Below, in pieces: positions 55,736 through 64,000 of a stretch of DNA of 64,000 bases (the first letter of the stretch is position 1; every line of letters starts with the position of its first letter). Location: positions 24,920 through 88,919 of IMG/VR virus record IMGVR_UViG_3300025057_000004; one strand, given 5' to 3'. Origin of the DNA: a virus. Below the pieces are notes generated by a model that was not told the DNA's origin, did not search any database, and saw only the letters and a list, made by a program, of their open reading frames with translations. The position numbers and the translations under genes are program-made.

Positions 55736-56220
55736 TTTAAGACCGCATACAGTACACCTGCAATACCTATTCCGATTGCAACGCTTCCTGCGATGGTCAT
55801 TATTTTACCATTTATCGCTTTGCCTTCAAGTTCCTTTATGGTTCTATCGGCAATCATATTTCGCTTAACTTCATTGTTAAGCATTTGATCACTAAGATCA
55901 AGTTGTCTTGAAAGATCAAGCTTATCATTTACAAGGAGTGTAACTTGTTTGTCACACTCTTGCAAAGTGTTTTTATATATAGAGTTTAAGGACGATAGTG
56001 AATCAGCAAGTGCTACAGCAGCCTTTCTATCAGCATGTATCTCACGGATGATCTTCATACCAATTTGATCGGTACGCATCAAATATTTCTGTACCGTATT
56101 ATCATAGACCATATCAAGATGGTATTCTCTACCGTCTGCTGTGATTGCTGAAAATGTTTGAGACTTCACCAATGTCACCATTGATATTAGAGTCAGCAAT
56201 GTCAATAATGTCCTTCTCAT
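55732..56220 (-). CDS. Secreted/membrane coiled-coil protein, spanin-like
   Basis: Signal-peptide-like N-terminus, coiled coil and C-terminal hydrophobic helix; overlaps the upstream gene by 92 nt. Confidence 0.55.
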   Translation of the reverse strand: MRRTLLTLLTLISMVTLVKSQTFSAITADGREYHLDMVYDNTVQKYLMRTDQIGMKIIREIHADRKAAVALADSLSSLNSIYKNTLQECDKQVTLLVNDKLDLSRQLDLSDQMLNNEVKRNMIADRTIKELEGKAINGKIMTIAGSVAIGIGIAGVLYAVLK

Positions 56221-56497
56221 ACTCTATGTCAATTTCTTTAAGTTCTTTTTCTTTTTCTGCAATTTTTACTTCAAGAAGCTTTCTTTCGTCTAAAACTTTT
56301 TCAAGTTCTTTCTTTCTTTCTTTTAGTATTTTATCAAGACCTTCTTTTTCTTTCAGTAATTCTTTATTGTTACTTTTTAAAAGGTCTCGTTCGCTTTCAA
56401 GATATTTTATGTGCTTCCATCCAGCAAATAAAGAACCTGCACTTGCTGTTATAAAAACAAATATAATAACAATATATATAAAATCTTTTTTAAACAT
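56129..56497 (-). CDS. Putative i-spanin-like protein
   Basis: N-terminal TM helix followed by a long K/E coiled coil; within the lysis module. Confidence 0.55.
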   Translation of the reverse strand: MFKKDFIYIVIIFVFITASAGSLFAGWKHIKYLESERDLLKSNNKELLKEKEGLDKILKERKKELEKVLDERKLLEVKIAEKEKELKEIDIEYEKDIIDIADSNINGDIGEVSNIFSNHSRR

Positions 56498-57482
56498 ATT
56501 CTAAAAAGAACTGAAATTTATATGTTTTAGTAGCTGCATCAGCAGGTATTAACATTCCAAATGTTACATAGTATCTTGAAAATTGCCCACCAAGACCCAT
56601 TTGATCTGAAATTCCGTTACCGCCACCTATAAAGCCTACTTGCTCATAATACATTGTATTTGTATCACCTATTTCAGGTGGACTACTTAAAACACCAACT
56701 GGTGCAAAATACGTAGATGTAGATGGAGATGGGTTGAAATTAATATATGATCGGATTCCAGAAGTTGAGCTATTTACAGCAGTTTTGTATGCTTGATAAA
56801 CACCTACTTGAATATAATTAGAAGCTAAATCTGACTGAAGTATATTCGTATAAACTTTAAGCCTTGTCATTGTAGCTAATTGATTTAGACTTATCCACCC
56901 AGCCACTGCTGGAGTTAAAGTTAAATTTTGATTACCATCAATTCCAGAACCTACACCAGTTCCAAGAGTAGCAGTAGTTATTCCAAATCTATTTGTAGCA
57001 ACACCATTTGTATGAGCAACTTCAATTTCTAATCCCTCATACTGCGATGTAGCAGGTGGGGCAATAACATTCCATTCTCCTGGTAGAGGGTTCTCTGTAC
57101 ATATAAACTCATAAGCTTTCCCGTCATTTGGTATAACTAATGGTTGATCTACAGGTAGATTGTTTATCCTTCCCCCCACATTAGATGGATGTACACTAAT
57201 AGCCTGAGTAGACATATTTACAATAGTTGACCTTTTGCCTGTCACAGGTTGAGGTAGCTTAGTGCAAAAGTCTGTTTGTGAAGCAGTAGTAAATAGATTT
57301 ACACCGTAACTCATTATAGATGTAGTTGTATTGTCTATCCCTTGTGCTGATAAATTTTGAGATACATCTTCTACATTAGAATATGATTTAATTATATCAG
57401 AAAACAAATTAATTTGCTCTGGAGTATCAAGTAATCCTAATCTACTAAATAACTGTTTTGATTTACCGTCAGTATTTAACAT
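56490..57482 (-). CDS. Hypothetical beta-rich (possibly structural) protein
   Basis: 330 aa, Thr/Gly/Ser-rich; sits between the endolysin-like and spanin-like genes. Confidence 0.6.
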   Translation of the reverse strand: MLNTDGKSKQLFSRLGLLDTPEQINLFSDIIKSYSNVEDVSQNLSAQGIDNTTTSIMSYGVNLFTTASQTDFCTKLPQPVTGKRSTIVNMSTQAISVHPSNVGGRINNLPVDQPLVIPNDGKAYEFICTENPLPGEWNVIAPPATSQYEGLEIEVAHTNGVATNRFGITTATLGTGVGSGIDGNQNLTLTPAVAGWISLNQLATMTRLKVYTNILQSDLASNYIQVGVYQAYKTAVNSSTSGIRSYINFNPSPSTSTYFAPVGVLSSPPEIGDTNTMYYEQVGFIGGGNGISDQMGLGGQFSRYYVTFGMLIPADAATKTYKFQFFLEYV

Positions 57483-57499
57483 TTTTTATTTTTTATTTT

Positions 57500-57955
57500 T
57501 TATTCGGGTGAATATTTACCACCATTTCCGCAGATTTCAACTGTTATTTCATCAGGCATAATAGCCATCAACTTTTTAAATGTAGTTTTTGACCTTAGTA
57601 TCTCATCAATACCATCACCTGTTATGTCTTTAAATCCAGTACCTGTAAGAATACATCCTCTAATATCAGGACTTCCTGTTTTAGGATTTACAGAACCTGC
57701 ATAGTTTCCCCAATGTATAAGAATCAGTGAACGACCTTCTACATCTGTTATATGCATATGGTTTTTGTATTTTTTAGAATATCTACGCTTGGCAATATAA
57801 ACACCCTCTGGAATACAACTTACGTTTGTAGCGTTATCTTTCCAAGGAAGCTCTAAAGTGTCAAGCGTAAATATGACAGTTCCTTCAGCATCAAATACTG
57901 CTGCATAACCTTTGGTCTGCTTTTCTTCGTATGTCCTATCAATGCTGATTTTCAT
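57500..57955 (-). CDS. DUF5675-like protein, putative endolysin (L,D-transpeptidase-like His/Cys peptidase)
   Basis: TLELPW, SCIPEGVY, ILIHWGN and RGCIL motifs; downstream of the holin-like genes. Confidence 0.7.
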   Translation of the reverse strand: MKISIDRTYEEKQTKGYAAVFDAEGTVIFTLDTLELPWKDNATNVSCIPEGVYIAKRRYSKKYKNHMHITDVEGRSLILIHWGNYAGSVNPKTGSPDIRGCILTGTGFKDITGDGIDEILRSKTTFKKLMAIMPDEITVEICGNGGKYSPE

Positions 57956-58067
57956 TTCTATCTTTCTTTTTAGGTTCTCTTCCTTTCCTTGAACACGTTC
58001 CTGTCATCAAACATTTCTTATCGCATTCGGCAGGAACAATTTCACACCATTTCTTTTTACTTTCCAA
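57939..58067 (-). CDS. Possible 42-aa Cys-rich peptide (TTG start): MESKKKWCEIVPAECDKKCLMTGTCSRKGREPKKKDRNENQH
   Basis: Fills the gap between the holin-like gene and the endolysin, overlapping both; four Cys residues. Confidence 0.35.
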   Translation of the reverse strand: MESKKKWCEIVPAECDKKCLMTGTCSRKGREPKKKDRNENQH

Positions 58068-58350
58068 TCCTTTCTCTAAACATCTTTCTATGGAATAGAT
58101 ATGCCCACACAAACGTCAAGGCTAATCCTACATTAAGTACAACTTCAGTTAGCGGAGGATCTGATAATGTAAGAACATTCAATGCGCTTCCACATATGAT
58201 ACCTACCAATCCTAACTTCAGAGTCCAGTGACCTACAAATGACCACTTATGTACAACCTTTGTCTTGTCACCGTATAGATACACGTACATCATTATTACG
58301 CTAATACACATAACAAAGTTTGATACCTCGTTAACTACTACTGCTATCAT
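58057..58350 (-). CDS. Holin/antiholin-like membrane protein
   Basis: 97 aa, three TM helices, basic C-terminus. Confidence 0.6.
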   Translation of the reverse strand: MIAVVVNEVSNFVMCISVIMMYVYLYGDKTKVVHKWSFVGHWTLKLGLVGIICGSALNVLTLSDPPLTEVVLNVGLALTFVWAYLFHRKMFRERIGK

Positions 58351-58624
58351 CTTCGTGGAATATTTTCTTTGATAATTTTTCTACGCCCTTGAGTCCGATG
58401 TATCCAAGGATAAATGCAAGACCGTACTCTGTCTTCCCATTTAAACCTGTTATCTCAACAACTACCTGAGTGAGATAGTTAGCAGAGAATGTACCTGCAA
58501 TGATACCAGCAATAGAAGACTTCAGATTCTTCGTAGCATCGTTACTTACAGTTACAAGTGATCCAGCAAGTCCTGCCAACACAAAGGCAATGTTAATCCC
58601 TATTTCTTCTAAAAATTCTTTCAT
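58331..58624 (-). CDS. Putative holin
   Basis: 97 aa, 2-3 TM helices (AGLAGSLV, GIIAGTFSA, AFILGYIGLKG), charged tail. Confidence 0.65.
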   Translation of the reverse strand: MKEFLEEIGINIAFVLAGLAGSLVTVSNDATKNLKSSIAGIIAGTFSANYLTQVVVEITGLNGKTEYGLAFILGYIGLKGVEKLSKKIFHEDDSSSS

Positions 58625-58839
58625 AACACTACGTTTCCTTCTTCATCAACATCTGGAATAATACCGTACTCTGCTAATCTTGCAAGCCAAACTGCTTCGT
58701 CAGTTGTAGTCTCCCAAACGTGAATTGTATCTGTTCGTTGGTTCGGGTCAGTCCATCCGTAACCTAATACAGATTCTTTGTCTTCACCATCAAAAGTGAT
58801 CCAATACGTTCTAACTGGTGGGTGATCTATTGTGTTCAT
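58621..58839 (-). CDS. Small hypothetical protein (possible fibre-associated)
   Basis: 72 aa, directly after the BspA-like gene. Confidence 0.6.
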   Translation of the reverse strand: MNTIDHPPVRTYWITFDGEDKESVLGYGWTDPNQRTDTIHVWETTTDEAVWLARLAEYGIIPDVDEEGNVVL

Positions 58840-58851
58840 TTTTTCTTTTTT

Positions 58852-61236
58852 TTAAACTGCTCCTCCGTCTGTAATTGTCCAACCGAACACGTTAACTAAA
58901 TTGTAACGTGCTTCTCCTACATTCATTAATGCACTTGAATATTGACTGTTGCCAAATCGTGCACTTATAGTATGTGGATAACCTGCACCGCCTGGATAAG
59001 CCGCTTGAAGTGTGGCTTCCCAACCAACTAAAAGGGCATCGTAGTTTGATGTGTTGAAGTTGGTTGATAACATAAAGTTATTTAAGGTAGTTACGTTGGT
59101 AATATCCCAACCTGACAAATCTTGCTCAAACAAGGGTAAAGCCCAAAATACACTATCCATATTTGTAACTGAGCTTGTATCCCAACCACTAATGTCAGGA
59201 TTGAAATTCGGGTTATACTGAAACGCTTTTCTAAGACTCGTCAAACCACTTGTATTCCAGCTGTCAAGACCAGTCCCCGTAAAAGCATTCATTACTGAAA
59301 AAGTTAACTCGTTGAATGATCCTTTTACAGTCCATCCAGCTAATGATCCATTAAATGCAGATGCATTTCTCATAAACTCGCTCCATGATGTCACATTACT
59401 AACATCCCAAGAGTTTAGATCTTGATTGAAAGAAGTTGCGCCATTGAACATCCTTGAGACATTTGTAGCGTTTGACATATCAAACAGATTAACTGGTTGA
59501 TTGAAAGAAGTTGCGGCTTGGAACATAGATTGAAAGTTAGTAGCTGACGATGTATCCCAACCGTTTACTGTGCCATTGAAATTCGTGCAATTTGTAAAAC
59601 AGTTTCTGAATATAGTTACGGTAGATGTATCCCAATGACTAAAATCTTCATTCGTCAATGATGTGCAAGATCTAAACGCAGTATCCAAAGACGTTCCTAT
59701 GTTTGGTGCATCTGTTGCTGATATTGTTAGATTTTCACAACCATCAAATACTCGTGCATCTCCTACACTTGAAAATTTGAAGATTCCCCAGTTGCTTATG
59801 TCTGTTATTTTTCTTCTATCTCCAGCAAATACAAACCTCCAAGCATCAAACACATCTCCACTTATAGTTATTGTGTACGTTCCACTACTTGCGTAAACGT
59901 GAGTTCGGTTAGCATAGCTTAAAGCTGAAGTAGTAGAATCGCCCCAGTCAATAGTACCACTATATACACCACCACTAAGAAGAGGAAGTACAACTGTGTC
60001 ACTCGCAGACCCTGCTTGTGTAGTATCCCAAGTTGATACGAAGTCACAATTTACAGATACATCTTGACCACCATCTGTAATTGTCCATCCAAATGTGGTA
60101 ATAAGACTATTTCGTGCAGTAAGTGATTTGCAGCTATATTGACTTCCTCCAAAATTTATGTTAATAGTCGCAGGATACCCAGATCCGCTTGGGTATGCTG
60201 CTTGCAATGTTGCTTCCCATCCTGTCAGAAGATCGTCATAATTTGCAGTAGATAAGGCAGTTGAACCTGACATAAAGTTTGTAAAATTACTTACATTGGT
60301 AATATCCCAAGCACTTAGGTCTTGATTGAATGAGGGATCACTGGCGAATGTGTTCTCCATATTAGTAACACCACTCACATCCCACCCACTAACATCAGGG
60401 TTGAAAACAGGGTTAGATCCGAAAGCTGATCTAAGACTGGTTATACCGCTTGTATCCCAACTGTCAAGACCAATTCCTGTAAATGAATTCATTATTGAAA
60501 AAGACAACTCGTTTAATGACCCTTGTACGGTCCATCCTGCCATAGATCCATTAAATGCGCTTGCACCTCTCATAAATTCATACCAACTCGTAACACCACT
60601 AACATCCCAACTGTCAAGATCTTGATTGAAGTTTGTAGAGTTTATAAACATCCTGAATAAACTCGTAACACCGCTATGAACCCAATTAGCTACATTACCA
60701 TTGAATAAATTACATCTAGCAAGAGCATCTCGCATATTGCTCACACTACTCGTATCCCAATTGCTGAAATCTGGAGTAGTTAATGCATCACACTCGTTAA
60801 ATATGAAAGCAAAAGATGATGTAGTAATTATTGGAGCATCTGTCGCAGTTATATCTAAGTTAGAACATCCATTAAATGCGTTATCGGTTGTAATTGTAAA
60901 AAATCCCCAATTGCTGATGTCGATGAATTTTCGCCTGTCTCCGCTATTTGCTACCCTCCAACCCTCAAACGTATCTCCACTTATAGTTATTGTGTATGTA
61001 CCGCCACTTGCATAGGTATGCTGTCTGTTCGCATATGATAATGAGCTTGTACTGCTATCCCCCCAATCAATAGTGCCAGAGTATGTACCTCCAGATAATA
61101 ATGGTAAGATAATAGTATCCGATGCTGATCCTGCCTGAGTAGTATCAACTTCAATAACGAAGTCGTTGTTGACAGAAGGTCCTCCTCCTGCTTTATTTAC
61201 AAAAGGTAATCCTATACCTGCGCCTATACCTATCAT
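58852..61236 (-). CDS. BspA/DUF285-type repeat protein with PKD-like domains; candidate receptor-binding fibre
   Basis: Many ~25-aa repeats (FNQDLxxWDVSxVTxMxxMF); two GTIDWGDS...HxYASxGTYTITISG domains; whole unit duplicated. Confidence 0.8.
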   Translation of the reverse strand: MIGIGAGIGLPFVNKAGGGPSVNNDFVIEVDTTQAGSASDTIILPLLSGGTYSGTIDWGDSSTSSLSYANRQHTYASGGTYTITISGDTFEGWRVANSGDRRKFIDISNWGFFTITTDNAFNGCSNLDITATDAPIITTSSFAFIFNECDALTTPDFSNWDTSSVSNMRDALARCNLFNGNVANWVHSGVTSLFRMFINSTNFNQDLDSWDVSGVTSWYEFMRGASAFNGSMAGWTVQGSLNELSFSIMNSFTGIGLDSWDTSGITSLRSAFGSNPVFNPDVSGWDVSGVTNMENTFASDPSFNQDLSAWDITNVSNFTNFMSGSTALSTANYDDLLTGWEATLQAAYPSGSGYPATININFGGSQYSCKSLTARNSLITTFGWTITDGGQDVSVNCDFVSTWDTTQAGSASDTVVLPLLSGGVYSGTIDWGDSTTSALSYANRTHVYASSGTYTITISGDVFDAWRFVFAGDRRKITDISNWGIFKFSSVGDARVFDGCENLTISATDAPNIGTSLDTAFRSCTSLTNEDFSHWDTSTVTIFRNCFTNCTNFNGTVNGWDTSSATNFQSMFQAATSFNQPVNLFDMSNATNVSRMFNGATSFNQDLNSWDVSNVTSWSEFMRNASAFNGSLAGWTVKGSFNELTFSVMNAFTGTGLDSWNTSGLTSLRKAFQYNPNFNPDISGWDTSSVTNMDSVFWALPLFEQDLSGWDITNVTTLNNFMLSTNFNTSNYDALLVGWEATLQAAYPGGAGYPHTISARFGNSQYSSALMNVGEARYNLVNVFGWTITDGGAV
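58859..61164 (-). repeat. Internal tandem duplication (~1.1-1.2 kb units) in the BspA-like gene
   Basis: DTTQAGSASDT..LPLLSGG.YSGTIDWGDS and NYD.LL.GWEATLQAAYP.G.GYP...FGWTITDGG each occur twice (units ~60067-61164 and ~58859-60045). Confidence 0.85.
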
Positions 61237-61937
61237 TAGTTACAACTTTTACAATAATCATCCACTACTCTTTTCATTGCACATAACTGCGCTTCTGTAA
61301 AACAAGCAGATGATGTTATGGTACTGTCCTGCGTATAACTTTCTACCTCAGTAGTACTGTCAAAAGGCACTGTAGCTCCACCACCTATATCACTTGCAGA
61401 TAAAGATCTTTCATCATTATCCCCCCAAGTTGAATCGTGATATATATCAACAGAAACAATATTAGGATTTGCATCTCCTGGAACTACAACGTATTTAGCA
61501 AACGCAAAAAAAGTATTAGTTGTTTGAGATTTTCCCCAATCGTCTATCTTTTCAGCAAAAGCTTGACTTACAGCATCCATATTAGCTAAAACTCCATAGT
61601 TACCTTTAAAGCTTAAAGGTGTTGTACTTTGAGCACCATCATAACTTGTTAAAGTCACTGAACCACTTGTAATAATAAGATCAGATGCAAAATCATATTC
61701 TGCAGGTGTTTTACTTGAATACTCTAATTTTAATACTGCATGATACCAAGTAGTACCACTTACGTCAGAACTACACTGCATCATCTTTAAAAATGTTTGT
61801 GCTCTAAAATCTTTAGCTACACAACACAAAGCATCTTCGCTACCGTACCTGATCTTTCTATCTGTCTTTACTGTATTTGTAGCAAGACAGCAGATCTTAT
61901 TGGTAGTATATCTTTTTACTATTTGTGAATTTGCCAT
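61236..61937 (-). CDS. Putative structural protein (Cys-containing termini)
   Basis: 233 aa, TAATG-coupled at both ends, in the tail block. Confidence 0.6.
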   Translation of the reverse strand: MANSQIVKRYTTNKICCLATNTVKTDRKIRYGSEDALCCVAKDFRAQTFLKMMQCSSDVSGTTWYHAVLKLEYSSKTPAEYDFASDLIITSGSVTLTSYDGAQSTTPLSFKGNYGVLANMDAVSQAFAEKIDDWGKSQTTNTFFAFAKYVVVPGDANPNIVSVDIYHDSTWGDNDERSLSASDIGGGATVPFDSTTEVESYTQDSTITSSACFTEAQLCAMKRVVDDYCKSCN

Positions 61938-62659
61938 TAGATTCCTTTCTTAGTGTATCTTACATACCAACCATTTACAACGCAAGTACAGTTATTGTCA
62001 GCTTTTATCTTTAACTGTGCAGCATTATTTTTTACATCCTCACTCCCTATATAAAGTCCCTGATATCTAATAAGATTATATGTCCCTGCCGTCTTAAAGT
62101 TTTGAGCAGATATGAATGGAACATCAATAGACCCACCAAAACCCATAAACAAATCTACGTCTACCGCAGTATTGTTTGTTACGGTTGTAACAGAAAGATC
62201 AAGTCGTATATCAATCATATCTCCAACCTTCAACTCGCTCCAATCAAAAGAGTTTGTGGATGAATCCCAAAGCTGTGTAACTCCTTCTGGCAGGTATGCT
62301 GTGTTTGTATTTACACCAAGACCGTCATTGGTAATTACGCTGTAAACAGCAGTAACATTCAATGGTGTTCCTGTCGTAGCAAAATCAGCATAGTCTGCCC
62401 ATCCACCTGAGAAGCTATCTCCACCATCTGTTTGAAGATACGCCTTGATTGTAGTAACAAGTTCATAAAGACCGTTGAACGCAGGAAGATCTATTTTAGA
62501 AACATCATCATTGATGATACTCTGAGAGCCGTTACTTAAAACTACTCTACCTTCAGACGCTGATACACTGAGATTTGATTTGGGATAGTAATTGATACTT
62601 TTAGTATCAGTATTATAAATAAGAAGTTCTGTTGCCTTATTCTCTATTCTATAACCCAT
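61937..62659 (-). CDS. Putative structural/tail protein
   Basis: 240 aa, beta-rich C-terminal domain, TAATG-coupled. Confidence 0.6.
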   Translation of the reverse strand: MGYRIENKATELLIYNTDTKSINYYPKSNLSVSASEGRVVLSNGSQSIINDDVSKIDLPAFNGLYELVTTIKAYLQTDGGDSFSGGWADYADFATTGTPLNVTAVYSVITNDGLGVNTNTAYLPEGVTQLWDSSTNSFDWSELKVGDMIDIRLDLSVTTVTNNTAVDVDLFMGFGGSIDVPFISAQNFKTAGTYNLIRYQGLYIGSEDVKNNAAQLKIKADNNCTCVVNGWYVRYTKKGI

Positions 62660-63711
62660 TACGTTCTCTTAGTATAAATTGCAATGTTATATGCTCCTGA
62701 AGTCTGAGTAGTTTTAGATACTTCTATTAAAAGATTTTGAATTGTAGGATAACCTGTAAAACTGTTATTACTTGATAACGGAGAAGCTGCGCTTGCTAAT
62801 GTTGCTTTATTACCTATTGACATTGCCGTAGTAACATCTATTGAACCCATTGATGCACCACCGTTATCCTTGAATACAAATGTTGTATCATCATCTGCTG
62901 CTGCTTCAAGAACTGTAATTACAATATGTGTGATGTCACAATCATAAGGCATTGTAAAGTTTACATTTCCTGTGGCTGCTGCAGATTTAGTATCCAACCT
63001 GATGTTGAACATATCATAAAGCAACTTGTCTTCAAGCTTTGCAAGAGTTATGTCTCCATCTGTAATCTTAGCTGTAGTAATCGCATTAGCTGCAATTGTC
63101 AATGCTCCTGATTTAGCAAGAGTTGCGTCACCGCTTACTGCTACAGAAACTAAACCTGTAGAGCTATCTCCGATAACTATTGTGCTGTCTGCTACACTTA
63201 AAGCAGTAGGTCTATTTGATGCATTTCCAAATATGACATTACCAGTAGCAAGCTCATACATTTTAGCAAGTGTAACAGCGTTATCTGCAACTTTACCTTC
63301 TGTAACAGCAAGGTCTTTAATATTCCCTGTTTCAATAAAACCTGTAGCAGAAATATCAGGAATAATAATTACTGTCCAAGCTGTAGCAGTTGAGTCATAT
63401 ACACACTCTGCCATAAACTCTTGAGTTGCAAGAGCATTAGGTACTGCTTCACCGAAGATCGTGATATCAAATGCTCCTACAGTAACTGTAGCATCAAATA
63501 ATATCCTGATACGTATCTTATCGTGTAAAGTACCTGTCGAGGTAACTTGCATATCTGCAATCAAAGTAGAAGTACCTGTTAATCTGTAGTACGTATACTC
63601 ATCATTAGGTGCTGCAGGAAACGTAAAATCACCTGTATCGATCTGAATCGGAGAACTACCGTCATTAACGGTAAGATCTTTTATGGAATATGCTTTTGCT
63701 GATAATGACAT
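62659..63711 (-). CDS. Putative tail fibre/spike protein
   Basis: Short fibre-type repeats (IKDLAVTEGKVADNAVTLAK; IAANAITTAKITDGDITLAKL). Confidence 0.6.
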   Translation of the reverse strand: MSLSAKAYSIKDLTVNDGSSPIQIDTGDFTFPAAPNDEYTYYRLTGTSTLIADMQVTSTGTLHDKIRIRILFDATVTVGAFDITIFGEAVPNALATQEFMAECVYDSTATAWTVIIIPDISATGFIETGNIKDLAVTEGKVADNAVTLAKMYELATGNVIFGNASNRPTALSVADSTIVIGDSSTGLVSVAVSGDATLAKSGALTIAANAITTAKITDGDITLAKLEDKLLYDMFNIRLDTKSAAATGNVNFTMPYDCDITHIVITVLEAAADDDTTFVFKDNGGASMGSIDVTTAMSIGNKATLASAASPLSSNNSFTGYPTIQNLLIEVSKTTQTSGAYNIAIYTKRT

Positions 63712-63713
63712 GA

Positions 63714-63998
63714 TTATGCTTTAAGTAGTTTAATTACCTCACAGAACATAAATGAGATGTTTGAAGTACCATCAGTACTCTTCAATGAGAGTTCCAATGT
63801 ATTATTTGAAGAAAGATCTGCTACTGATATGTTTGAAAGTATCGAATTATAATAAGAGATTCCTGAACCCATTATCTTTGCTGAACGATCCCCAAAAGAT
63901 CTTATCTGTGAAAGAACAGGGGTCAATGTGTTTGATGCTGAGACAATAAGATCCAATGATATCTTAGTAGCATTATTTCCACCCTTACTGAAATTAAA
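63714..63998 (-). CDS. Structural protein, C-terminal part (truncated by window end)
   Basis: The frame is open to the window edge (FNFSKGGNNATKISLDLIVS...). Confidence 0.55.
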   Translation of the reverse strand, partial: FNFSKGGNNATKISLDLIVSASNTLTPVLSQIRSFGDRSAKIMGSGISYYNSILSNISVADLSSNNTLELSLKSTDGTSNISFMFCEVIKLLKA

Positions 63999-64000
63999 AT

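Noticed and set aside
58852-61236. Diversity-generating retroelement or CRISPR array suggested by the repeats
   Set aside because: The repeats are in-frame protein repeats. There is no reverse transcriptase in the window, no adenine-specific template/variable repeat pair seen, and no repeat-spacer structure.
1-64000. Stop-codon reassignment, as seen in some gut crAss-like phages
   Set aside because: Genes, including 12.8-kb and 6.2-kb ORFs, are intact in the standard code. TAG ends nrdJ and ORF 19961-20257, and TGA ends several others.

Overview
This window is part of a crAss-like (Crassvirales-type) phage genome that probably infects a Bacteroidota host. It uses the standard genetic code and has two converging gene blocks that meet at a bidirectional terminator near 19.1 kb. 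The + strand (1-19116) carries replication and nucleotide-metabolism genes: SF2 helicase, DnaB-like helicase, AAA ATPase, SSB-like protein, DnaG-type primase, resolvase, PD-(D/E)XK exonuclease, uracil-DNA glycosylase, MazG-like pyrophosphatase and a class II ribonucleotide reductase, plus many small ORFs. The - strand (19153-64000) carries virion and lysis genes: small basic proteins, three giant cargo proteins including a 4275-aa virion RNA polymerase with the DFDID motif, peptidoglycan-hydrolase cargo proteins, tail proteins, an IHF-like protein, holin/endolysin/spanin-like genes and a BspA/DUF285 repeat protein. The standout is an apparently complete phage-encoded ubiquitin-like conjugation cassette inside the replication block (6140-9475). 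It comprises a beta-grasp Ubl precursor with an internal KAG77, an E2-like protein (HSH...C166), a JAMM/JAB peptidase with an intact motif, and a ThiF/E1 enzyme. All calls come from reading motifs by eye; no database searches were run, so novelty is unverified.
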